Assembly (NCBI GenBank): GCA_029879725.1
Contig: JAOUPR010000001.1
Span: 3,324-67,323 of the forward strand
Direction: 5' to 3'
Length of the DNA stretch: 64,000 nt
Source: Gemmatimonadota bacterium
GTDB taxonomy: Bacteria > Gemmatimonadota > Gemmatimonadetes > Longimicrobiales > Gaopeijiaceae
Shown: one piece after another, positions 27,632 through 34,817 of the stretch
How positions within the stretch are numbered: position 1 is the stretch's first letter
Layout: every line of letters begins with the position of its first letter
Made by a program: the position numbers and the translations under genes
The notes under the pieces: generated by a model
What the model was told of the DNA's origin: nothing
Seen by the model: the letters and a program-made list of their open reading frames with translations, nothing else
Databases searched by the model: none

Positions 27632-28798
27632 TCATGTGATCAGGAGAAGGGCGAGAAGCGCGGTGGCGTCCGCGGCCAGGGCGGCTCCGAACCCCTTCTT
27701 CCAGAAGAGGACTCCGAAGGCCACCGCCGGGACGGCGACACCCGCCAGGAGGAAGGCCACCGTACCCGTCCAATCCGGGAACCCGACGGCCAGGGCGCCG
27801 GGGGTGTAGAGCGCCACCTGCGACGCCGTCGCCACCAGTACCGCCACCACCGCCGCCTCTCCACCCTGCACCCGATGCCACCGCAGGAAGAGCCAGGCCA
27901 CGCCCGTCACCAGGACCAGGCGGAGGAGCACCTCGTCCACCAGTGCCTGGGCGACCTCCACCACCACGGCGCCGGCGCCGGGATGGCTCACGCCCGGCCC
28001 CACGAACGGGACCGCCATGAGCGCCACGACCAGACCGGTGACCGCCCCCACCACCACGTCACCCCCTTTCCATCCCGGGCGCACCAGCCCCACGCCCACC
28101 CCGGGGAATGGAAGCCGGTCCAGTAGCCGGAGCGCGAGCGTGACCGACGGCCCGACGACCCACACCGCCAGGATCGCCGCCAGGAGGATCGCCGCCGTCT
28201 CGGAGATCCGTAGACGGACCCCCCAGATCTCCGGCCGGTCGGCCAGGAAGATCAGGCTCAATGCCACCACCGTGCCCGCCACGAGCGCCGTGCCCACCCG
28301 GCGCTCCGGCCACCTCGCGAAGGCGTTCCCCACGGCCTTCCACGTGTGGACCGCGGCCACGCCCATCACCAGCACGGCCGCCATCCACCCCGCCGTCACG
28401 CCCACCAGCGGACCGGGCCTACCCAGATAGCTCGCGGGGACCGTCATGGCCACCCAGACCGCGATGAGCCACGCGACCGCCAGCGCGGGAATCGTATAGA
28501 GCATCGCCCGTCCCATGTCGGGCACGGCGGAGCGGAGGGAGAGCCCTTCGGGCCGTCCCAGGAGTCCCAGGACGATCCCGTGCACGCCACCGGCGAACGC
28601 CCCGATCAGGAACAGAGTGGTCGCGTCCAGGAAGAGGGCATGTGCGCTCAGGCGGCCCATCAGGGTCATCGCGGCCAGGAATACGCCCCCGAGCGCGATC
28701 CCGCCGGCCATGGATCCGAGGACGGCGACCCGCCCGTGGAGTCCGATACCCCGGAGAAGAATGCGGGGCTCTCGATGTTGGGTTTTCGGCGCGTTCAT
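27632..28798 (-). CDS. Polytopic integral membrane protein of unknown function (~10 TM), encoded directly upstream of the kinase-regulator-cytochrome operon
   Basis: ORF 27632..28849 trimmed to MNAPKTQHREPRI at 28798 (GGGAGGG RBS); Gly/Ala/Val/Leu-rich with 10+ hydrophobic segments; no family recognised. Confidence 0.55.
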   Translation of the reverse strand: MNAPKTQHREPRILLRGIGLHGRVAVLGSMAGGIALGGVFLAAMTLMGRLSAHALFLDATTLFLIGAFAGGVHGIVLGLLGRPEGLSLRSAVPDMGRAMLYTIPALAVAWLIAVWVAMTVPASYLGRPGPLVGVTAGWMAAVLVMGVAAVHTWKAVGNAFARWPERRVGTALVAGTVVALSLIFLADRPEIWGVRLRISETAAILLAAILAVWVVGPSVTLALRLLDRLPFPGVGVGLVRPGWKGGDVVVGAVTGLVVALMAVPFVGPGVSHPGAGAVVVEVAQALVDEVLLRLVLVTGVAWLFLRWHRVQGGEAAVVAVLVATASQVALYTPGALAVGFPDWTGTVAFLLAGVAVPAVAFGVLFWKKGFGAALAADATALLALLLIT

Positions 28799-28845
28799 GG
28801 TTCCCTCCCGTAGGGGTTCGGCCTGCGTGTTCGACCGACCAAGGA

Positions 28846-28860
28846 TCAACGAACGTGCCC
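28846..28860 (-). promoter_or_regulatory. Weak sigma-54-type (-24/-12) promoter candidate upstream of the membrane-protein gene
   Basis: Minus-strand GGGCACG-ttcg-TTGA (consensus TGGCACG-N4-TTGC; -24 GG and spacing match, -12 GC replaced by GA), ~47 nt upstream of the ATG at 28798. Confidence 0.2.
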
Positions 28861-29087
28861 ATTCCCCGCACCGTGCTCCAACTCGTTGATATCGTGTCGC
28901 TTACGGGACGCTCACGGACGGGGCGGGCGATCCGGGGGGGGGCGCCGGGCGCGCGTTTTCACGCACCTTCGCGCGCGGAATCGCCCGCCCTCGTGCACCC
29001 CGGGGCGTCGGACACGCACTCCTCCCGCACGAAGATCTTGAGATTTGAAGCGTAGCGATTAATCATTCACCACCGCGTCTCCTCCAG

Positions 29088-29120
29088 AGCGGCCGCCTGC
29101 GTCCATGCCTCACCGGGACG
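29088..29120 (+). repeat. Perfect 11-bp inverted repeat (stem-loop) in the intergenic region upstream of the SET-domain gene
   Basis: CGCCTGCGTCC-atgcctcaccg-GGACGCAGGCG; lies in a locally AT-richer island (~29031-29070: gaagatcttgagatttgaagcgtagcgattaatcattc) that may contain the SET-gene promoter. Confidence 0.3.
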
Positions 29121-29159
29121 CAGGCGTCGTTCGTATCACAGTTGGAGGGTCCCACTCCG

Positions 29160-29579
29160 TTGAGGGGAGCAGGGACCCGAGGCGAGAACCACGGCGTGCT
29201 TCGCGTGCCAACCTACGTAGCCCCCAGCTCCATCCAGGGAGTGGGACTGTTCGCTGCCGTCGACATCCCCGCAGGAACCACCATCTGGGAGTTCACTCCC
29301 GACGTCGACTGGCGGATCCCCTTGAAGGACATGCAACTCTTTCCCGAACCGTATCGCACGTGGCTTCTCCGCTATGTGTATCTGGACGAGTCGGGAGCGT
29401 ACGTGTTGTGTGGAGACAACGGGAAGTACATGAATCACTCTTTCGACCCCAACTGTGACGACGTGGAGGGCCCGTACACCGTGGCCCGCACGAACATCCG
29501 GGCGGGCGAAGAGTTGACGTGCGACTACCGTTTGTTCGACCTGGATTCCAAGAACAACGGGCTCCACGGCTACCTGTAG
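29160..29579 (+). CDS. SET domain-containing protein (putative protein-lysine N-methyltransferase)
   Basis: ORF 29142..29579; the 29142 codon itself is TTG, and the likely start is an in-frame TTG at 29160 (GGAGGG 9 nt upstream) or GTG at 29196. SET signatures GVGLFA...GTTIW near N-terminus and NHSFDPNC...EELTCDY C-terminal motif. Markedly more A/T-ending codons than neighbouring genes. Confidence 0.7.
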   Translation: MRGAGTRGENHGVLRVPTYVAPSSIQGVGLFAAVDIPAGTTIWEFTPDVDWRIPLKDMQLFPEPYRTWLLRYVYLDESGAYVLCGDNGKYMNHSFDPNCDDVEGPYTVARTNIRAGEELTCDYRLFDLDSKNNGLHGYL

Positions 29580-30571
29580 CCGGAGCCGGGGACGGGGTGG
29601 CGAGTCACCCCGTCCCCGACTCGACCCGTCTCGGGATTCAGGGCCTCGTACACTTCACGGGATATGGCGGCGATGAGACGCTCCGCCTCGTTGTCGTACG
29701 TCCAGGTCTGGTCTTCGTTCTCCTTCGTCATGACGCAGATGACGAAGTCCCGTGACGGGCCGTACACCACCCCACAGTCGTTCCGGGCCCGGTCCAGCGA
29801 TCCGGTCTTGTGCGCCACCGCCACCTCGGGCGGAAGCTCGCGCGGAATCCCCTCCCGGTAGAACTGCCGGGTCATGATGCCCAGCATCTTCTCGGACGCC
29901 TCCGCGTCCACCAGCTCCCCCCGGTAGAGCATGGTCAGGAGGGCGGCGATCTCCACCGGCGTCGTCACGCCGAGACCGAACGCCCGCGACGCCTCGGGAT
30001 CGAAGCTCTCCCCCGCGTTCGCATTGACGGGAAGGAAGATCCGGGTGTGCTCCAGACCGAGGGACCGCATGCGCTCGGTCACCTGCCTCGGGCGGAGCTT
30101 CTCCAGGAGAAGGTTCGTCGCCGTGTTGTCGCTGAGGGTGACCATCAGGAACACGGCGTCCCAGATGGTGAGCTCCCTGGGCGTGGAAAGGAACTGCAAC
30201 ACCCCCGAGCCGCCGGTCTGATCCAGTGCGAGGAGCGTCAGCGGGTCGTTCAGGGAGAGCGAGCCCTCGCGAACGCGGGCGAACGCATCCACCATCACGC
30301 CCAGCTTCACCAGGCTGGCCGATGGGAACTCTTCGTCGCCCATGATGCTGAAGGAGTCTCCGTTCACCGGATCCACCACGGCCAGTCCGACGACGCCGTG
30401 ATGTTGCGCGATGAGTCCGGAGATCCGGGACCGGATGGACTCGAGGAATTGTGAGGGAGGGCCGTGGGCCGAGGCCTGCAGTGGAACGGCCGCCCCGAGA
30501 AGAATCCATGAGGCAAGGACCGTATGAAGGGAGGAGGGTCGACGACGCGACGCGCTCGTGAAGAATCGCAT
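29570..30571 (-). CDS. Class A beta-lactamase-family serine hydrolase, secreted
   Basis: ORF 29570..30637 trimmed to MRFFTSASRRRPSSLHTVLASWILLGAAVPLQASA (signal peptide); active-site motifs SASLVK (S-x-x-K), SDN (LSDNTATN), KTG (AHKTGS); 3' end overlaps the SET gene 3' end by 10 nt (convergent). Confidence 0.75.
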   Translation of the reverse strand: MRFFTSASRRRPSSLHTVLASWILLGAAVPLQASAHGPPSQFLESIRSRISGLIAQHHGVVGLAVVDPVNGDSFSIMGDEEFPSASLVKLGVMVDAFARVREGSLSLNDPLTLLALDQTGGSGVLQFLSTPRELTIWDAVFLMVTLSDNTATNLLLEKLRPRQVTERMRSLGLEHTRIFLPVNANAGESFDPEASRAFGLGVTTPVEIAALLTMLYRGELVDAEASEKMLGIMTRQFYREGIPRELPPEVAVAHKTGSLDRARNDCGVVYGPSRDFVICVMTKENEDQTWTYDNEAERLIAAISREVYEALNPETGRVGDGVTRHPVPGSGYR

Positions 30572-30715
30572 AGGTGTCTCCGAACCAGCGTGGGATCGGC
30601 CGGGATGACGCGTGCCGATGCAGGATGAGACATCCATGGGGCGGGTTTTGTTGCACCAGACCCGTTAACTTCGAGAAGGCTCCGGCGGAAACTTCTTCCA
30701 CCAACGGAGGTCCCC

Positions 30716-31327
30716 TTGCTGTCCATCTACGTCTTCAGCCTCGTGCTCGGAGGAGGATTGCTCCTCCTGTCCCTCTTCGGCGACGCCGTGGGCGACGGTC
30801 TCGACGGCGACCTCGGGGTGGACATCGACCTCGACGCGGACCTCGACGTGGATCTCGACACCGACGTCGACACCGGGCCGGGGCTCGCGCCGAAGCTCTT
30901 TTCCCTCCGCATGTTCACGTACATGCTCTTCGGTTTCGGAGCCGTGGGCGAGGTGCTCTCCTGGGTGGGATTCGATCCGGCGGGCATCACCACCATCGGC
31001 CTGTCCGCCATGGGAGCGGTCGCCGCGGGAGTGATGGTCCAGACCGTGTTCCGCTACCTGGACGCCACGGACTCGGGAGCGCACCCCGGAGAGGGCAGCC
31101 TGGTGGGCCTGGCGGGTCGCGTCACCATCCCCATCACCGCCGCTTCACCCGGGAGCATCGTGGTTCACCGGGGAGACCGGCGACTCACCCTGCGCGCGCT
31201 CCCGTACGAAGGAGAGAGCGACCCGGGGGGATGGCACTCCGTGGTCATCGTGGAGATGGATCGCGGCGTGGCGCGCGTAACACCCATCAAGGACGAGTAC
31301 TCCGTCGAGAACGACTCGACGTACTGA
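30716..31327 (+). CDS. NfeD-like membrane protein (OB-fold C-domain), partner of flotillin
   Basis: 203 aa; N-terminal TM, acidic DxDxD low-complexity linker, two further TM helices, C-terminal beta-rich domain (GRVTIPITAASPGSIVVHRGDRRLTLRALPYEG). Confidence 0.75.
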   Translation: MLSIYVFSLVLGGGLLLLSLFGDAVGDGLDGDLGVDIDLDADLDVDLDTDVDTGPGLAPKLFSLRMFTYMLFGFGAVGEVLSWVGFDPAGITTIGLSAMGAVAAGVMVQTVFRYLDATDSGAHPGEGSLVGLAGRVTIPITAASPGSIVVHRGDRRLTLRALPYEGESDPGGWHSVVIVEMDRGVARVTPIKDEYSVENDSTY

Positions 31328-31349
31328 CCGCACAGAAAGAGAGGATCCG

Positions 31350-32651
31350 ATGCAGGGACTCCCCGAATACCTCGTAGGACCGGCCACCCTGGCCCTGGTG
31401 GTCATCGCCGTGCTGATCGTTCTGGTGATGACCGTCAAGGCGCTCATCGTGATCGTCCCCCCCAACCGGGCCTCGGTCATCACCGGACGCACGCGTACGC
31501 TGAGTGACGGCCAGCGCGTGGGATACCGTTCCGTGATCGGCGGACGCACGCTCCGGATTCCCGTGGTGGAATCCGTCCAGTTCATGAATCTGGAGACCTT
31601 CGCCATCGAGATCTCGGTGCACAATGCGTTCTCCAAGGGGAACATCCCCCTCAACGTGGAGGCCATCGCCAACGTGAAGCTGGCCTCCGATCCGGAGACG
31701 GTGTTCAACAACGCGGTCGAGCGTCTCCTGGGGAAGACCGAAGGGGAGATCCAGCAGCTCGCCAAGGACACGCTGATGGGAAACCTCCGCGGCGTCCTGG
31801 CCACGCTGACGCCGGAAGAGGTGAACGAAGACCGCCTCGGCTTCGCCAAGGCCCTGGCGGAAGACGCCGGAGAGGACCTGGCGGCCCTCGGCTTCCATCT
31901 GGACGTGCTCAAGATCCAGAACGTGAGCGACGAACGGGGATACCTCGAGGCCATCGGACGCAAGAAGGCCGCCGAGGCCGTCCGTGAGGCCGAAATCGCG
32001 GAGGCCAACGCGGAAGCGGATACCCGGGAAGCTCAAGCGGACGCCCGGCAGCGGGCGGAGATCCGGGAAGCCGGGGCGAACATCAAGATCGCCGAGGCCA
32101 ACAACCAGCTCCGGGTGCGCCAGGCCGAACTCGACCAGGAAGCCGAGATCGCCGAGAAGACGGCCAAGGTTCGCGCCGAAGAAGCCAAAGTTGAGGCCGA
32201 GCGCGCCCTCGAGGCCAAGCGTGTCCAGCGCGAGACCGAACGCCTACGCGCCGACGTCATCGAGCCGGCCAACGCGGATCGCGACGCGGCCCTCGCCCGG
32301 GCCGAGGGAGACGCCGCCCCCATCCTGGAACGAGGCAAGGCCCAGGTGGAGGTCCTCCGGCGCCTGTACGAGCAGGTGCAGACGGGGGGAGATCAGGCCT
32401 TCGCCGTCTTCCTGGCCGAGAAGCTCCCCGATCTCCTGGAGATCGCGGTGGGCGCCATCGAAGGGGTCGACATCGACCGCGTGGTGGTCATGGACGGGGG
32501 AGACGGGAACGGCGTGAGCAACGCGGTGAACCAGAAGGTGAAAGGCGCCTTCGGCACCATGGAAGGGCTGGCGTCCGCCCTGGGTTTGGACATCCAGGAG
32601 GTCCTGGCCAACGCCGTGGCGCGCATCCCCGCGAAGGCCACGACCGAATAG
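31350..32651 (+). CDS. Flotillin-like SPFH/band-7 protein (FloT/YqiK type)
   Basis: 433 aa; N-terminal membrane hairpin, SPFH domain (RTLRIPVVESVQFMNLETFAIEISVHNAFSKGNIPLNVEAIANVKL), long Ala/Glu-rich coiled-coil flotillin repeats (EAEIAEANAEADTREAQADARQRAEI...). Confidence 0.85.
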   Translation: MQGLPEYLVGPATLALVVIAVLIVLVMTVKALIVIVPPNRASVITGRTRTLSDGQRVGYRSVIGGRTLRIPVVESVQFMNLETFAIEISVHNAFSKGNIPLNVEAIANVKLASDPETVFNNAVERLLGKTEGEIQQLAKDTLMGNLRGVLATLTPEEVNEDRLGFAKALAEDAGEDLAALGFHLDVLKIQNVSDERGYLEAIGRKKAAEAVREAEIAEANAEADTREAQADARQRAEIREAGANIKIAEANNQLRVRQAELDQEAEIAEKTAKVRAEEAKVEAERALEAKRVQRETERLRADVIEPANADRDAALARAEGDAAPILERGKAQVEVLRRLYEQVQTGGDQAFAVFLAEKLPDLLEIAVGAIEGVDIDRVVVMDGGDGNGVSNAVNQKVKGAFGTMEGLASALGLDIQEVLANAVARIPAKATTE

Positions 32652-32678
32652 TGCACCGGCGGGCGATCCCGGGAGGGC

Positions 32679-33029
32679 TCAAGCCTCCCGGGATCGCCTC
32701 GTCCTGGGGTCGTCGCCGCCCCGGACGATCTGTTCGATCTGCCCGAGCATGGTGGCGGTTCCCGCCTTGCTGGCCCCGAAGAGGCCGTCCTCGGTGTGAT
32801 CCAGCCCCTCCACCACCGAATGGAGGTTGAGCCACAGGTCGAGGCGCTCACTCATCCGCAGGACGGAGTAGAAGAAGCGCGGGCGCTTGCCCCTCCCCAT
32901 GAAGAAGTCCACCACCACCGCGACGATGGAGAGGTTGAACACCAGGACGTCCTTGAGGCCATCGAGGACGAGCTTGAACTGGAAGATGGTGAAATCCCGA
33001 AAGGTGACTCCACGGGTTGCGACGGTCAT
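32679..33029 (-). CDS. Hypothetical small membrane protein (116 aa)
   Basis: ORF 32679..33071 trimmed to MTVATRGVTFRDF (GAGGGAG RBS); one hydrophobic helix LVFNLSIVAVVVDFFM; convergent with flotillin gene. Confidence 0.45.
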   Translation of the reverse strand: MTVATRGVTFRDFTIFQFKLVLDGLKDVLVFNLSIVAVVVDFFMGRGKRPRFFYSVLRMSERLDLWLNLHSVVEGLDHTEDGLFGASKAGTATMLGQIEQIVRGGDDPRTRRSREA

Positions 33030-33095
33030 GGTACTCCCTCTGCGTCGGGCTCGGTGCTTGACAGGGAGCACTACGGAGCCCGACGCACGGGAGAT

Positions 33096-34508
33096 TCAGG
33101 ACAGGAGAAAGTCCAGCACGTCGTCGGCGGAATAGGTGTCGCGATCTCCCAGGAACCTTCCCAGGTTCTTCAGTTCGTCGCCGCTGGTGAGCAACGGCAA
33201 CTCGCGGGCACCGTCTTCGCGTACCTGGCCCAGCCCGATGTTGGCGAGGAGGGCGTTGCAGAGACACTTCCGTCCCACCGTCTCCGCGATGTCGCCACCC
33301 TTCTTCACGAAGGTGCCCACGGGCTCCGACGCACATCTGTAGTCGAGGCGCCCATCCTCCCTGCGGTAGACCGAACGGAGGTAACCGAGATCACAGACCC
33401 TGGTGCGGGACTCGTACACACCGGGCTGGGAAATCGTCCCCGCGAGCTCGACGGCCTTGAAGGGGAATCCGGTGGGAGACGCCCTCCCATCGGTGAGCAC
33501 GTCGACACCCCCGTTCCTGACCTGGGACACCACGTCGTGCTTGAGGTCCGTGAGAACCCCCGACTCCTCGGTGAACGCGAAGAGCGTACCGACCTGGATC
33601 CCCGCGGCCCCGGCGGCCCGGGCTACCTGGAGACCCTCGGGACTTCCCACCCCTCCGGCGAGCCAGAACGGGAGGCCGATCTCGGCGATCTTGGCCAGAT
33701 CCACCACGTCGCGATCCCCGTAGACGGGCTCGCCACGCTCGTTGATCTCACCACCGCCCCGAGGGGGAGCATTGTGCCCCCCTGCCGTGGGCCCCTCGAT
33801 GATGAACCCGTCGATCCGCCCCGTGGACTTGCGCGCCAACATCGTGGCGAGGGAGTTGGAGGCGACGATGGGAAGGAAGGCTGGACGCGTCAGGTCGATG
33901 GGGATGGCGTCGCCCCACATCTTCATCGGGTCGAAGGTCAGCACCTCGTCGTCGGCACCCGTCCCACTCTGCATCTCCAGCCGCACGGTGGCCGGTTCGT
34001 GCAGCGCCATCAGATCCAACGCTCCGGGAATCTCCTTGGGGATCCCGGCGCCCATGAGCACGTAGGTCACGCCCGCGAGCATGGCTCCGTAGAGCGAAGG
34101 AAGGTTGGGGATCTGGATCTTGGTGAGGAGATTGATCCCCACATCGCCGTCATGCCCTTCTTTGGCCAGGAACACCTCGGCGAAGTTCGCCAGCACGATG
34201 AGGTGGTCCTGCCACGGCTTCATGACCCGCCGATGGAGTGGGAGGTTGGGATACGGCTCCCCGTCCGCCCTCCCCCCGGCCTTGAAGAAGCGGTCGAGGA
34301 TGTCCTCGGCGATCTTCGGGATGGGGAACGCCTCCAGCGCCCGGCGGTAGTGGCCGCCGGGGTCGCCGTCGGCGAGTGTACGTAGGAGGATGGCGTCCAT
34401 CGCCGTCCCTGAGACCACACCGAGGTGACCGCGTCGGGAAACGGCGCGAGCCAGAACCCAGTTGGACACACCAGCGCCCATCCCTCCCTGGATGATGACC
34501 GGGGGCAT
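33096..34508 (-). CDS. Nitronate monooxygenase / 2-nitropropane dioxygenase family FMN-dependent oxidoreductase
   Basis: ORF 33096..34625 trimmed to MPPVIIQGGMGAGVSNWVLARAVS (canonical NMO N-terminus); TIM-barrel FMN motifs (GIQVGTLFA, LAGGVGSPEG). Confidence 0.8.
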   Translation of the reverse strand: MPPVIIQGGMGAGVSNWVLARAVSRRGHLGVVSGTAMDAILLRTLADGDPGGHYRRALEAFPIPKIAEDILDRFFKAGGRADGEPYPNLPLHRRVMKPWQDHLIVLANFAEVFLAKEGHDGDVGINLLTKIQIPNLPSLYGAMLAGVTYVLMGAGIPKEIPGALDLMALHEPATVRLEMQSGTGADDEVLTFDPMKMWGDAIPIDLTRPAFLPIVASNSLATMLARKSTGRIDGFIIEGPTAGGHNAPPRGGGEINERGEPVYGDRDVVDLAKIAEIGLPFWLAGGVGSPEGLQVARAAGAAGIQVGTLFAFTEESGVLTDLKHDVVSQVRNGGVDVLTDGRASPTGFPFKAVELAGTISQPGVYESRTRVCDLGYLRSVYRREDGRLDYRCASEPVGTFVKKGGDIAETVGRKCLCNALLANIGLGQVREDGARELPLLTSGDELKNLGRFLGDRDTYSADDVLDFLLS

Positions 34509-34817
34509 AGCGAAAATCCCTTTCGACTGGTGAAGAAACCCGTATTTGTCCTGGAGAAGACCGGAACGTACTCCCACCCCGTCATTCCAGCAACGACGGC
34601 ACGCTCTCTCACCAAGATAGCCCAATCAGGGGCTGCACGGGACGCCGACGGGCGGCGACGGCGACGCTCCGCGAGGCCGTGATGGTCCCGATAACCCTCC
34701 GAGGATCTCTCGTGCGAGCCATGCACGCAGCCGTCGAGGTTCCCTGAAATCGAGGGAGGTCCGGCCGTGGGATACCGGCCGGACCTCCCTTCATGGGTCA
34801 TCCAGTTGTCGTGCCCG

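Noticed and set aside
29088-29120. Treating the 11-bp inverted repeat as a transcription terminator
   Set aside because: No upstream gene on either strand reads into it: the membrane-protein gene is transcribed away from it and the SET gene lies downstream. It is more likely a regulatory hairpin or binding site, so it is reported only as a repeat
31350-32651. Interpreting the Ala/Glu-rich repeat region of flotillin as a tandem-repeat element or low-complexity artefact
   Set aside because: EA-rich heptad-like repeats are the normal flotillin coiled-coil region, not an independent repeat element
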